Positions 13,401-27,135 of a stretch of 64,000 bases of DNA are shown here, in pieces. Numbering within the stretch: position 1 is the stretch's first letter; every line of letters starts with the position of its first letter. This DNA is from Mustelus asterias (Eukaryota), in assembly GCF_964213995.1 (NCBI RefSeq), contig NC_135804.1:68634001-68698000 (forward strand), written 5' to 3'. The position numbers were made by a program, and so were the translations under genes. The notes below the pieces were generated by a model. That model searched no databases and was not told where the DNA came from. It worked only from the letters and a program-made list of their open reading frames with translations.

Positions 13401-13660
13401 GAGCGTTGGCATTAACCCGCAACCTACTGTTCGATATTTCACTAAGATGATAATTTCAACGTATCTGCTCATCATGAAATGGTGATAAACAGGGATAAGA
13501 AATGGGAGCGCTGCTTCCCGATGTGCATCATTATAAAATGCAACAAGAGAAGGGGAATTCACCAGCGCTAATGAGGCGGTTGTCCCAGCTGACTGACAGT
13601 CAAAGAGACCTGCCCACGGCGTAGAAAGAAGATGACGCTCCGGTTACAGCCGAAGAAGTT

Positions 13661-14910
13661 ACATAGAAACATAAAAACTAGAAGCAGGAGTAGGCCATTT
13701 GGCCTTCGAGCCTGCTCCGCCATTCATCTTGATCATGGCTGATCAGAGAATTAAATATCCTGATCCCCCTTCCACCCATGTCCCTTGATCACTTTCACCC
13801 CAAGAGCTATATCTAATTTCTTCTTAAAATCAGACAACGTTTTGGCCTCAACCGCGTTCGGCCTTTGGGTGAAGAAATTTCTCCTCACCTCAGTTCTAAA
13901 AGTTTTATCCCTTATCCTCAAACTATGACCCCTAAGTCTGGACTCACTCACCATTGGGATCATTCTTACTGAATCTACCCTGTCTAACCCAGTTAGAATT
14001 TTATAAGTTTATATGAAATCCCCTCTCACTCTTCTAAACTCCTATGAAGATAATCCTAATCGATTTAGTCTGTCCTCATATAACAGACCCACCATCCCAG
14101 AAATCAGCCTGGTAAATCTTTGCTGTACTCCCTCAATAGCAAGGACATCTTTCATCAGATAAGGACACCATAACTGCACACGACCAACACCCTATACAAT
14201 TGCAGCAAAACATCCCTATCCCTTGCTATGAAGGCCAACATACCATTTGCCTTCTCTACTGCCTGCTGTACCTGTGTACTTATTTTCAGCAACTCATGCA
14301 TGAGGACTCCATGGTCTGGTTGAGTATCCACCTCTCTCAATTTACACTCATTCAAGTAATAAACTGTCTTCCTATTATTGCTACCAAAGTGGATAAATTC
14401 ACATTTATCCACATTATACTGGATCTGCCATGCAGACGCCCACACACTCAGCCTGTCCAAATCACGCTAAAGCATCTCTGCATCCTCCTCACAACTCACC
14501 CTCCGATCCAACTTTGTATCATCTGTAAATTTGGAGATAACACATTCAATTCCATCTTATAAATCATTAATATATAATGTGAACAGTTGGGGTGCTGGCA
14601 CGGGTCCCTGTGGAACCCCAGTAGTCACTGACTGTCAGAAAAATACCCATTTATGCCAACTCTTTGCTTCCTATCTGCTAACCAGCTTTCTAGCCATCTC
14701 AAGACATTACCCACAATCCCATGTGCTTTAACTTTATATCGTAGTCTGTTATGTGAGACATTGTTGAAAGCCTTCAGAAATTCTAAATAAACCACATCCA
14801 CTTGTTCTCCTCAGTCAACTCTGCCAGTTTCATCCTTTAAAAATTCCCATAGATTCGTCAAGCATGATTTCCCTTTTGTAAATTCACGCTGACTTTGTCT
14901 GATTATACTA
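13661..14910 (-). mobile_element. CR1 LINE, 5'-truncated, decayed
   Basis: DRLSVWASAWQIQYNVDKCEFIHFG and RGHSLRIR...RRNFFTQR motifs; 3' tail at ~13661-13745. Confidence 0.9.
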
Positions 14911-15099
14911 CTCCACAGGAAATGCAGTACTTTTGAAATGTTGTAATGTATGAGATAACTTCTCCACGGTAATTCCCCCAGTCAATAAAATAAATTGTCT
15001 AAAAATGGCTTCCCCCTGTCAGTTTCATACGAAGATTCATTGATAAAGTGTTTCAGTGAACTTGGTTAAGCGAGCCATATAAAGCTAACAATATTATAA

Positions 15100-15340
15100 T
15101 GTAATATGTTACACGAGGTCTCATCAAGGGTTAAATGCAACGGTCTGTGATGCCATTGAAGGAAGTGACATACACTCACATGATCTCGGACTCGAGGAGA
15201 GAAAGCATGGTCAGAAGTTCGGGTAGGATGTTCATACTAGTGTAAATATTTTACATATATTTGTTGTGTTGTGCAGCCAACAATCTTTGTGCATTTATTG
15301 AAACGACTCCAACCCAACAACGCAATAATAAATGATGACA
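15100..15340 (+). repeat. Putative 5' LTR of the Gypsy remnant
   Basis: Shares TCTGTGATG-CA-GAAGGAAGTGACATACAC, GTCAGAAG and TGCAGCCAACA-TCTTTG blocks in the same order as 20891-21132. Confidence 0.65.
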
Positions 15341-16220
15341 GTGGCTTAAAACATCGTGGCACTGGAGAGTTTCGAGGCAGCCGTTATCTTCAATCAAGCT
15401 TAGGCATGACAAAAGTGGTACAGCAGATTCGCTCAATTTTTCGGGTTTTGCAGTGAAACCAGACTGTGAGTAGGGAAGTATATTTTCGTGCACCATGCGT
15501 GTCTGTGCGGATGACGTCCTAGTTATGCTGGAAATGGATAAGGGTAAAGCCACTTTTACCAATGTTATTGGTGCATTAGAGATATATTTCAATCTCCTCA
15601 AGAACGCCATCGTGGAACACGCACATTGCAATAAACGTGCCGAGAGACAAGGGGAAAACAATAACACATCGAATAGTTATTAACTGATTAGCAGAAGGCA
15701 ATACAATCCATAATCCAGAAAAGGAGTTAATCCATGACTAAATAGATTTTGGAGTCGTGAACGGTACATTGTCAATTAATTTGCGGTCCCAAGATGAATT
15801 GATGCTTGCTGGCGAAGGCAAATCAATGAAACAAGCTGAGATCAAAAGGTTAAAGCAACTGTTAGTCAGGGGAGAGAGAAAACTAGATTCCCATTGTGAC
15901 AGACACATTTGAATCCTGCAGAAGCAAAAAGGGAGCAATTAAAGGTGGCATCCCAGACTCGCTGTTGCTTGTCAGAAAGGCATAAGAGGATTGTCCCGTT
16001 GAAGACGTACAATGCCATTGGTGGATAAAAATGGGCCAATTTCACACAGGATGTCACAGAAAAGAAAATGTGCAGAACACTGAAAAAAAGTTTTAACAGA
16101 AACAGAGTTAACCATCCATGCAAAAAGGTGCATGAACATGGAGGAACAGAGCTGAAGATTTTGGAGAACTTAAAAGCACAGAACAAAAGTAATTACTAGA
16201 GTACTGTTTGTAAATTAAAT

Positions 16221-16344
16221 GATGTGGCAATGCCGGCGTTGGACTGAGGTAAATACAGTAAGGAGTCTAACAACACCAGGTTAAAGTCCAACCGGTTTAT
16301 TTGGTAGCAAACGCCACTAGCTTTCGGAGCGCTGCTCCTTACTG
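16221..16344 (-). mobile_element. PLE family A short insertion
   Basis: 12-bp TSD TGTAAATTAAAT at 16209-16220 and 16345-16356; truncated at the 5' edge of hammerhead helix II. Confidence 0.85.
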
Positions 16345-18395
16345 TGTAAATTAAATACCAGAGTTGTTCATTGTTAACCATAAAATTGTGCATTCTAATG
16401 AATGAATAAGTAAAGAATTGTAAAGGTCAATCAGAAGACTTCAGAGCAGAATATATGAAATAGTTTATAATATTGGGCAAACCAAGAACAGACTATGGTA
16501 TAACACTATGCTCGAAGTAGAACAAAGTTCCTTTTACACCGTCAGAAATGTTCCAAACCCAAAACATCCAAAGGCAAAGAAATGGATTGAATAAATGGTA
16601 AGATATTTCACCCATAAATGGAATTGGTGCTCAGGAGTGGCATCGGTTCGAAAGTCAAATGGGACCGGAAGAATATGACCCCACATAACTCAATTAAATG
16701 GAGAAAGAAAAATCCAAGGAATAAGTAGATGGCAGTTTAGCTAAATTAGAGAAGAGCTCATTATTCGCTAATTTAGACATGAACAGTGGATTCTGGCAAA
16801 TAGTAGAGGAATCCAAGCTTCTCACAACATTAATAGTTTCATTGGCAAGATTCGATTTTAACATGTTACCTTTGGAATAACATCAGCACCACACACCTTT
16901 CAATGAACAATGTCAATGCTTTTCAAGGGCTTACGCAGAGTTGTTTGTCAAATGGAAGCTATTTTGATACATGGGTCTACTCACTTGCATAAAAGTGAGA
17001 GCAATGCTATAAAACTACAAGAGGCAGGACTGACATTCAACAGTAAATGCACGTTTTCACAACCAACAATCAGGTTTCTTGATCTCACCGTCTGTGCATC
17101 TGAAATAAAGGTTGATGTACTGAAGACCAGAGTCATAAAAACATTTCCAGCTCCAAAGAACATCATGGAATTACAAAGGTTCATGGGAATGTTGAATCAA
17201 GTAGCAAACTTTCAACAAAATAAAGCAAGAGTTCAACGAGCCATTATGCCAATGGTTGTGAAAAGACACTGAATGGTGTTGGAAAGTTGCACATCAAAAT
17301 CATTCAAAAAATCACGGATATATTTATATCATCAGATATAATAGCACATTATGATGTGGAGTAACATGCAATTATCGCAGTGGATAGATCCTCTACAGGG
17401 TTGGACAGAATCCTTTTTCAGGTACAAATAGAAAACGCAGACCATCATAATCATTAACATGTACCGAGAAGAGATACACAGTAATCTGAAAGAAAGCAAA
17501 CACATTACAAGTTTGCTGTCCATGTCTTCGGACTTCAGCTCACAATATAAACAGCCCATAAGCCTACTGAATTCGAAAGAGCTTGTAGTTATGCCTTCAG
17601 CAGATCAACAATTTAAATTAAGATTGATGAGGTTTGACAAGCATGCAGTATAAGTTGAAGGGAAAGAACAGAACACAGCATTACATGCATTGAAAAAGAG
17701 AATCCAGATGGGTATGATAATTATGGAAGAAGTCAAGGAGTTTGCGATAATGATAGTCCATGTATTAATGACATCTACATGAAGATTGAGTGAAATCAGA
17801 GAGGCTCACTAATCAGGCACGAAATGTAAGCAAATCGAAGGAGTTTGTATTAAACGATAGCCATCATATCTACCACAGATTTCTCTCCTGAGGTCGTTTT
17901 TTGAAGCAGCGAGCACACCTGATGGTGATCGATGAGTTCATGGTATATGATGACAGAATTGTAATCCCAATAGTAGACTTGAGGTTCAGAGCCAGAGCAT
18001 TCGGATACGGATAGGGTATTCGGATAGGCAGCCAGGTCTCTCAAACTCATTAGAAGAAATTATATGCTAAACTTCCACCCCCAGATGGGAATCAAAATAA
18101 CCACTGATATTATCTTCTATTCCCACATGACCAACGGAATGTCTAAAGAGATGGTGCCGCAGTATGAATATCACTGGTCTAGTAATCGAGAAACCCATCG
18201 TAATGCAGATTCTGAAGAAAAATCTGGAACTTAAACTTCTAATTCTAACTAAAACCATTGTTGTAAATAAAACATTTGGTTCACAAAGTCCTTTAGGAAA
18301 ATAAATCTATTATTTTTCCCTGGTCTGGGCTACATGTGACTCGGCCCATCAATGTGGTTAACACATAAATGTACTCTGACTTGGCCTTACAATGG

Positions 18396-18576
18396 TGGTC
18401 ATGATGTGGAGATGCCGGCGTTGGACTGGGGTAAACACAGTAAGGAGTCTAAGAACACCAGGTTAAAGTCCAACAGGTTTATTTGGTAGCAAACGCCATC
18501 CAACAGTTTGCTACCAGTGGCGTTTGCTACCAAATAAACCAGTTGGACTTTAACCTGGTGTTGTTAGACTCCTTAC
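18396..18576. mobile_element. PLE family A palindromic mini-insertion
   Basis: Inverted arms; CCTTACAATGG duplicated at 18385-18395 and 18571-18581; inserted in an older SINE-like repeat (~18255-18625). Confidence 0.85.
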
Positions 18577-18625
18577 AATGGCCTTACAAGCCATTCAGTT
18601 CAAGGGGAAATTAGGGTTGGGCAAT

Positions 18626-18945
18626 AGAATCAAAGAATCCCATCAGTGCAGAAGGAGGCCATTTGGCCCATCCAGTCTGCACTAACAGCAATCCTACCCA
18701 GCCCCTATCCCCGTAACCCCACATATTTACCCTGCTAACCTACACATGGTGGGATGCCAAGGGGCAATTTAGTATGGCCAAGCAGCCTAACCTGCACATC
18801 TTGGACTGTGGAAGGAAACTGGAGCACTGGAGGACACCCACGCAGACACGGGGAGAATGTGCAATCTCCACACAGATAGTCACCGGAGGCCAGAATTGAA
18901 CCCGGTCTCTGACGCAATGAGGTAGCAGTGCTAACCGTGTCACCT
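18626..18945 (-). mobile_element. HE1-type SINE
   Basis: HE1 core and tail on the minus strand. Confidence 0.85.
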
Positions 18946-19235
18946 CTAAACAAATACAGGCCTGGACAGTGACACCCACATCCCAGAAATGAATATTTTA
19001 TATGTATTGCAGTGGAGAGGGAAATGTTTCATAAATGTGGATTGATGTCACCCATAAAACGCAGAGATTATGCCATTGAAAGAAATTTTCACCATCTATG
19101 AGGTTTCTGATATTACATCAGTCCACAATCTGAAAACACAGAATTTCAAGAGTTTGCAAAATCCCTTTGGATTTCTTTGCACAAACTCGCCAGGATTCCC
19201 ATGGGTTACTGGAGAAACAGAGAAATGTGTCATGG

Positions 19236-19400
19236 AATCATAGAATCCCTACAGTGCAGAAGGACGCCATTCGGCCCATCGAGTCTGCACCGACCAGAAT
19301 CCCACCGGGGCCTATTCCCGCAAGCCCTCATAATTACCGGCTAATCCTCCTGACACTATGGTTAATTTAGCATGGCCAATCAACCTAACTCGCACATCTT
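19236..19400 (-). mobile_element. HE1-type SINE 3' fragment
   Basis: ATAGAATCCCTACAGTGCAGAAGGA-GCCATTCGGCCCATCGAGTC tail. Confidence 0.8.
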
Positions 19401-19839
19401 TATCCAAAATGTAAAGTCATTACTGCATAGAAAACAGATTTTCAACTCGGCTCTTGGGTTATCTGTTCTCAGCCCTTCAGAGTGGATTGGTTCCACGGGG
19501 GTTCCTCATGGAATCCAATGGAAGGTGGTTTTGGGCATATATTTCTGCCGTTCCACATACATGGATGCCACAGGTCAACGATGCAGATTTACAGAAAGAA
19601 CATGTTAGAGAAGAAACTTACCAAAGTAACCCAGAGAAGCCGTTTGTATCAGCGATAAATCAAAATTTGGAGCTCACCCGAGAACTTAAAGTGTCCAGCA
19701 GGAATTAGGCACAGTAAAAAAAACAAAATATCTTTGATCCCAGTAAAACAATTGTGAGAAAATCAGCGTTCAAAGAGGTCCGAATTCATTAAAAATGAAA
19801 GAAGACACCGAAGCAGGAACAAAAGGTGGTGAGACGACC

Positions 19840-20730
19840 CAAAGATTGCTGGAGTTGCGGATAGCGATGAACATTCTCAGAGAATACAGCAGGATATAGA
19901 TAGGCTGGAAAATTGGGCGGAGAAATGGCAGATGGAATTTAATCCAGATATATGCGAAGTGATGCATTTTGGTAGATCTAATGCAGGGGGGAGCTACACA
20001 ATAAATGGCAGAACCATCAGGAGTATAGACACACAGAGGGATCTGGGTGTGCAAGTGCACAGATCCTTAAAGGTGGCAGCACAGGTGGAAAAGGTAATGA
20101 AGAAGGCATATGGCATGTTTGCCTTTATTGGACGGGGCATAGAGTATAAAAGTTGGCATATGATGTTGCAGTTATATAGAACGTTGGTTGGGTCACATTT
20201 GGAAAACTGCGTCCAGTTCTGGTCGCCACACTACCAGAAGGACGTGGAGGCTTTGGAAAGAGTGCAGAAAAGATTTACCAGGGTGTTGCCTGGTATGGAG
20301 GGTATTAGTTATGAGAGATTGAGTAAACTCGGGTTGTTCTCCCTGGAAAGACAGAGGATGAGGGGCGACCTAATAGAGGTGTAGAAAATTATGAAGGGCA
20401 TAGATAGGGTGAACAGTTGGAAGCTTTTTCCCAGGTCAGAAATGACAAACACAAGGGGTCACAAGTTCAAGGTAAGGGGAGTAAGGTTCAATATGCAGGG
20501 GACGTATTTTACACAGAGGGTGGTGGTGGCCTGGAATTCACTACCAAGCAAGGTGGTTGAGGCATACACGCTAGGATCATTTAAGACTTATCTAGATAGC
20601 CACATGAACAGACTGGGAATAGAGGGATACAAACGGATGGTCTAATTAGGAACACATGATCGGTGCAGGCTTGGAGGGCCGAAGGGCCTGTTCCTGAGCT
20701 TTATTGTTCTTTGTTCTTTGTTTGTTCTTG
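19840..20730 (+). mobile_element. CR1 LINE 3' fragment
   Basis: ORFs 19932-20384 and 20391-20645 (QRDLGVQVHRSLK, CVQFWSPHY, RGDLIEV, WNSLP); (TTGTTCT)n tail. Confidence 0.92.
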
Positions 20731-20890
20731 AGACAAAGTAAAACAACGTTTACTTAATAAGGCAAAAATACAATATGTTTTCCATGAGACTACAAAACAC
20801 TGAAATGCTCCGAATGGTTGGGGAACTGAAGCTTTGGGTTTCTAGAAACATCATGGAGCCTTGAAGTTTGAACAGAGACTTGGTGGCAGA

Positions 20891-21132
20891 TGTAATGGGG
20901 ATGTTGGGCTAAATTCTATCAAGGAGTAACTGTAACAGTCTGTGATGTCATGGAAGGAAGTGACATACACGCGATCTGGGTCTTGAGAAAGGGAAGTATT
21001 GTCAGAAGCTAAGGTTAAAGTGTTCTTATAACAGTAAATATGCTAAAATAAAGTTAGAGTGTTTTGCAGCCAACAGTCTTTGAAAAAATATTAAAATTTC
21101 TCCAACCGAGCAACATAATAATGTACTAACAA
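20891..21132 (+). repeat. Putative 3' LTR of the Gypsy remnant
   Basis: Starts TGTAATG after a purine-rich stretch; direct repeat of 15100-15340. Confidence 0.65.
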
Positions 21133-21154
21133 TGGTGTTGGCGGAGTGACTGGC

Positions 21155-21332
21155 AGTCCACAGATATGCGGGTCATATGGTTTGGCCAAGCTAAATTGCC
21201 CCTTAGTGTCAGGGGGACCAACAGGGTAAATACATGGAGTTGTGGGGATGGGGCCTGGGTGGGATTGCGGTCGGTGTAGACTCGATGGGCCGAATAGCAT
21301 CTTTCTGCACTGTAGGATTCTATGATTCTATG
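21155..21332 (+). mobile_element. HE1-type SINE 3' half
   Basis: CAGTCCACAGATATGCGGG...CTGCACTGTAGGATTCTATGATTCTATG. Confidence 0.8.
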
Positions 21333-21694
21333 AATACAGCCATACTGTCGTTCTGGCAGAGGCCAGCAGGTACCGCTCACATGTAGTCTATTCCAATTTT
21401 ATACTCTATCAAGCTGTGATACATGTTGAAATGGGAAGCCTCCCTTCTCCGAGTCTTCGCATTACAGCCTGGTGCATGGCCAGCGCACCTCGTATTTCAT
21501 TGGGTATGCTTGTGTCCAATAGCGTGGGATATATTTTGCCATTTTTTTTCTGTAAGCGTGGTTTCACTCTCGCTTTTGAATGATATCAGTTTTATGAGCT
21601 GTCGCTTGCATTGGTCATTTCCAGAGAAGCTGCACCTGCAGGAAAACTGGACTTTTTATGCTAAAATGACAGAGTTGTTCGCATTTTCATCCAC

Positions 21695-22027
21695 AGAACC
21701 ATAGAATCCCGAGAGTGCAGAAGGAGGCCATTCGGCCCATTGATTTTGCACCGATTCTCCGACAGAGTATCCCACCCAGGCCCTATCCCCGTAGCTCCTC
21801 ATATTTACCCCACTAATGTCCTTAACTTGTACATCTTGGGACACTAAGGGGCGATTTAGCATGGCCAATCAACTCAACCCGCATATCTTTGGCCAATTGA
21901 TGCAAACCAGAGCACCAGGAGGAAACCCACGTGGAAAAAGTGCAAACTCCACACAGTCACCCAAGGCTGGAATTAAAACCCAGTCCTTGGGGCAGTGAGG
22001 CAACAATGCTAACTACCGTGCCACCCA
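21695..22027 (-). mobile_element. HE1-type SINE
   Basis: HE1 head, core and tail on the minus strand, diverged. Confidence 0.8.
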
Positions 22028-23613
22028 TTGGCACTGAAGGGAGGGACAAACGATATACATCAGAGTGTGAATAATAGCAGAGAGAGGAACGGATGATGAA
22101 AGTGGTCTCAGATTATCATGCAGAGTGTGAAATACAAGTAAGAAAGGACAAGGGTAGAAATTGTTAAGAAAACATGTGCGGCACCTCCGCCAGAGCGTCC
22201 ATTTCAACACTATAATGATTTTGCCCCTGCCTCTGTTACGTACCGGGAACACAATGTGCTGGCGGACTCGGCACCATCAGTCACAGCCTCCCGCAATGTG
22301 CTCTTCACAACCTTCTGCAGAAGAGAGGGAATATGTTCGTGACAACTTTCGTAAGTGTTGTGTCCATGTTCTTTTCAAAGTTGATTAATTTTTATGCTGT
22401 CCGTTAGATGCGTTAGAATGCGTTAGAAGGAAGTACAGTTTGTAATAGTGCTGAGAACGTGAGGGCTAGTTTGGACAGCAGGAAAAGGCAGTGGGATGAA
22501 GTCCACTGCAGAGACTGGAGGGCAGTGAAGGGTACGGTGCAATATGGGGAGCCAGGTTGGAGGTGATGGAGGTGTGAACAGAGAGAAATAGAGCAGTATT
22601 CTTATTTTAGCCACTCTGTTGTTTAAACGCTCATCCAAGTCATAGTCGCTTCCAGGTCTGGCTATTTTAACATATTCCTGACCAGCTTCCCAGTCATCCA
22701 AAACTATCCTATGTTTCAGATCGCACCAAGTCCCCTTCACCAATCATGCCTGCACTCAGCAGCCTCCACTGGCTCCGGTTAAAATAGGCAACATCGCCAA
22801 GACATTTGTGTTATCCATGTTTTCAAATCCTCCTTCGCCCCATTTTTCATAACGTCCCCTCGGCCCACAACCTGCACTCTTTTCTCTGTATCATTCCTCG
22901 TTTAATTTTTTCAATACTGGCAGCCGTGCCTTCAGCTGCCGTGTTCACAATCGTTCGAAGGCGCTACCTAAATATTTCCACCCCTCCATCACAGACTCGT
23001 TTTTTAAGACCTTTCTTGCAGTCTAACATTCAGATGGAACTTTTGGTCATCTCTGTGTGATCTTATGCGATTCATTGTCAAGGTTTTGGGTTATAATAGT
23101 CCAGTGAAGCACTTTGGAGCGTTTTATGGCTTTAACAGCGCTACATAGATGCAAACGATTGTCACTGGTCGTGGTGGAGGCTGTAGTATTGAGAACTCTG
23201 TTGAGGTCTTTGAACAATTTGTGGCATTGCAGCCAGTCTGACGATCTAAGCTTCTAGCAGTAACCTCCACTATAACCTCTTCCCAGTGACAGAGGACGGG
23301 GAAGAATATATCTCGGTTGCGCATCATTTGGATCAGGTGCCCGTAAAGCGCACCAGACAATCTGCGGATCCAACGAGCTGGCCCAGGAGCCATGTCTTTA
23401 TCCAGAAATCTTTCATTTTGTTGCGGACACATTGAAATAACTCCACGGAGGCAAAAGTCCCGTCACCAAGCTTCTTTTTTAACCAACTATAATATATAGA
23501 GAGCGCGAGCACTCCGGGTAGCTTTCTGCGACGGCAGGCTGAGAGACTGTCACACCTGCTTTAAATAGAGAGCTTGAGGCTCCCTGATTGAGCCATCAAT
23601 TAGGACTCATCAA

Positions 23614-24252
23614 ATAAACAAAATCAACTTAACTTAGGGACAACTCAAAAAGGGCAGTTCCCTGAAAGGAAGGGAACTCCTGAACCAAAAAATAAAGTGG
23701 GAAGGAAACTTAAAACATTAAATTAAAATTAAATTAAAGGGGTAGGACTCATCAAGTATTTCTTTTAGTGTTCCAACCAAATACACGAACTCAAATTAAC
23801 TTAGGGACAAATTAAAAGGGGCAGCTCCCTAAAAGAAGAGGGAACAGTCCGAACCAAAAAGCAAAGTAGAAAGGAAACTTAAAACATCAAACTAAAATGT
23901 GATTATCCGGTCGATAATAAAATGTCGGCGACAGCACAAGTCAGGTATCGTTTTTCATACCACCCAAATAAACGACACAGCACAAGTCAGGTATCTCTTT
24001 CCAGGTACCAACTTAATAAACAAACTCAAATTAACTGACGGACAAATTAAAAGGGGCAGCTCCCCAAAAGGAATTGGAACAGCCCGAACCAAAACTAAAT
24101 CACAAAGGAAACTTAAAACATCAAATCATAATGTGGTTATCAGGGTTGATAATGCACCCCAGCCCCTGCGGTACCCAGCGGGCGTGGAAGGCGTCAACTG
24201 CGCCCGTGGACACCTCGTGCTCCCTCTCCAGGGACACCTGGCCGCGAATATA
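23614..24252 (-). mobile_element. Cluster of 3-4 5'-truncated Tx1/L1-type 3' ends
   Basis: Each piece matches the 3' UTR (and 23.9/24.13-24.25 kb also the ORF2 end) of the 47.7-58.6 kb array unit; TSD-like repeats between pieces. Confidence 0.8.
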
Positions 24253-26884
24253 ACAGCGCAAGTCAGGTAGTTCATACTCTAGCAAGCAATGTCATTAGCC
24301 ATCATCATCACACACATGCAGCTCCCAATTAGGAAGAGCTAGTTATGTTTAATAATGTCAGTGGAACCATATTTGATCCCCTCTGCAAATAGATGTCCGT
24401 CAATCGAATGGCTGGCCATCCGGGAAAGGAACCTTTGTGCCTTCGACTTGAGTGGCGACAAGGAGCTCACACAAAACTAAAGCCTATATTGATAGTGATA
24501 AAGCCACTCTACTGGCTGGAATCACAACAAACATCAAACAAAATAATTGCGATTATTGGAGGATAATCATCGACAGTCTGGGTCATCTCAGGGGAGTATA
24601 TTTCCACGATGAGTGAGATCTGAAGTGGGGCTGAAAGTTGCAGAATGTTTAATTCCAACTTCGATTCCTCATCAGTAAGACCTGCAGGCCGAGGCGCATC
24701 AGTAACACAAGTGCCACCCGTGACCCCTTCTAACCGAGGAGAGGATGTGAACCTAAACATGATATTCAGTGGCATTGCCATCGCCGAATGTCTCATTGTA
24801 CATATGACGGACAGATTAGGCTATGGGTCTCCGGTGGCCAATATCCGCATTGCTACAGCTGCAAGAGCACTCAACAACTTCAACAATACCCATAAAATAA
24901 CATTCCCTTTGATGAGTAACCCATCCATTAGCTTTAACATTCACACCGTTCACTGCCTGCGTACTCTGACGACAGTGGCACAAAACTGATGATCCTATTA
25001 GTTATCCATTTTTAGAAGATTCTGGTTCCACTGTTGTCCAGGCCACGTTACATTAGATATTTTTTCGATGAGGAGGAGGGTGTGTGTTGGCAATGACAAG
25101 CCATCTGTCGACAGACTGTTTGGGACAGGCAAATGCAAGTTGATAAATCGCCATGGCAACTTCAATCACAACTTCATGTTCCAGGGTACAGATGCTCGAG
25201 GAAAGATGGAACAGGAGGTAAGAGAGGAAGGGGGTTGCACTTTTGCTGAGGGAAAGCATCACGGCCATACTGAGAGGGGATATATCCGAGGGTTCGGCCA
25301 TTGAGTCTATATGGTTAGAACTGAGAAATAAGAAGGGGGAAATCACTTTGATAGGGTTGTACTATAGGCCCCCAAATTGTCAGTGGGAAAATGAGGAGCA
25401 AATATGTAAGGAGATTACAGATAGCTCCAAGAAAAATAGGGTGGTAATAGTTGGAGATTTTAATTTTCCCAACATTGACTGGGACAGCCATAGTATTAGA
25501 GGGTTGGATAGAGAGAAATGTGTTGAGTGTATTCAGGTGGAATTTCTCATTCAGTATGTGGATGGCCCGACTAGAAAGGGGGCAAAACCTGACCTCCTCT
25601 TGGGAGATAAGGAAGGGCAGGTGACAGAAGTGTTAGTGAGGGATCACTTTGGGACCAGTTACCATAATTCTATTAGTTTTAACATAGCTATGGAGAATGA
25701 TAGGTCTGTCCCAAAAGTTAATATTCTAAATTGGGGCAAGGCCAATTTTGATGGTATCAGGCAGGAACTTTCAAAAGTTAATTGGGGGAGTCTGTGGGAA
25801 GGAAAAGGGACGACCAGGGTTCTCCCTCTGGACACTTTTGTATCTCTCCCTTCTCACCTTAGACCTATGCCCTCTAGTTTTAGACTCCCCTACCTTTCCT
25901 CTTAGAGTGAAGGGCAAGGCTGGCAGAAGTCGGGAACCCTGGATGACTCGGGATATTGAGGCCCTGGTCAAGAAGAAGAAAGAGGCACATGACGTGTATA
26001 GGCAGCTGGGATCAAGTGAATCTCTTGAAGAGAATTGGGGGTGTAGGAGTAGAGTTAAGAAAGAAATCATGAGGGCAAAAAGGGGACGCAAAATTGTTTT
26101 GGCAGATAAAGCAAAGGAGAATCCAAAGAGCTTCTACAAATACATAAAGGGCAAAAGAGTAACAAGGGAGAGAGGATGGCCTCTTAAGGATCAAGGTAAT
26201 CTATGTGCGGGTCCACAAGAGATGGGTGAGATCCTCAATGAATATTTTTCATCTGTATTTACTGTTGAGAAAAGCATGGATGTTGGGAAACTTGGAAAAT
26301 AAATATTGATGTCTTGAAGAGTGTACCTATTACAGAGAAGGAGGTGCTGGAAGTCTTAAAGCGCATCAAGGTAGATAAATCTGCGGGACCTGATGAGGTA
26401 TATCCCAGGACATTGTGGGAGGCTAGGGAGGAAATTGCGGGTCCCCTACCCGAGATATTGGAATTATCGATAGTCACGGGTGAGGTGCCTGAAGATTGGA
26501 GAGTGGCAAATGTTGTGCCTTTGTTTAAAAAGGGCTGGAGGAAAAAGTCTGGGAACTACAGGCCAGCGAGCCTCACATCTGTGGTGGGTAAATTGTTGGA
26601 AGATATTTTGAGAGACAGGATCTACAGGCATTTAGAGATGCAAAGACTGATTCGGGACAGTCAGCATGGCTTTGTGAGTGGAAAATCATGTCTCACAAAT
26701 GTAATTGAGTTTTTTGAAGGGGTAACCAAGAAGGTAGATGAGGGCAGTGCAGTCGATGTTGTCTACATGGTCTTTAGCAAGGCCTTTGACAAGATACCGC
26801 ATGGTAGGTTGTTGCATAAAGTTAAATCTCACGGGATCCAGGGTGAGGTACCTAAATGGATACAAAATTGGCTTCTTGACAGAA

Positions 26885-27135
26885 CACAGTAAGAAGTTTC
26901 ACAACACCAGGTTAAAGTCCAACAGGTTTATTTGGTAGCAAATGCCACTGCCTTCCAGAACAGGCTGTCCCTTCATCAGGTGGAGTGGAGAAATGCATTT
27001 CTCCACTCCACCTGACAAAGGGACAGCCTGTTCCGAAAGCTAGTGGCATTTGCTACCAAATAAACCTGTTGGACTTTAACCTGGTGTTGTTAATCTTCAT
27101 ACTGTGTTTACCCCAGTCCAACGCCGGCATCTCCA
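26885..27135. mobile_element. PLE family A near-perfect palindrome inserted in CR1
   Basis: 13-bp TSD CTTCTTGACAGAA at 26872-26884 and 27136-27148; centre AAATGCATTT at 26991-27000; hammerhead copies with helix II GGGACA/UGUUCC, each with a core mutation. Confidence 0.9.

Larger units (their letters stand above)
15100..21132 (+). mobile_element. Decayed Gypsy/Ty3 LTR retrotransposon with nested PLEs, SINEs and CR1
   Basis: gag-like YFNLLKNAIVEHAHCNKRAERQGE (~15585-15660); RT motifs LDMNSGFWQI, FNMLP, TSAPHTFQ, VVCQMEAILIHG, ELQRFMGMLN (16770-17200); diverged direct repeats at both ends. Confidence 0.75.

Noticed and set aside
13240-13422. Minus-strand ORF ending MIYASE as an ITIM-bearing tail exon
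   Set aside because: Lacks the +3 hydrophobic residue, lies on the opposite strand to the receptor genes, and has no convincing splice site
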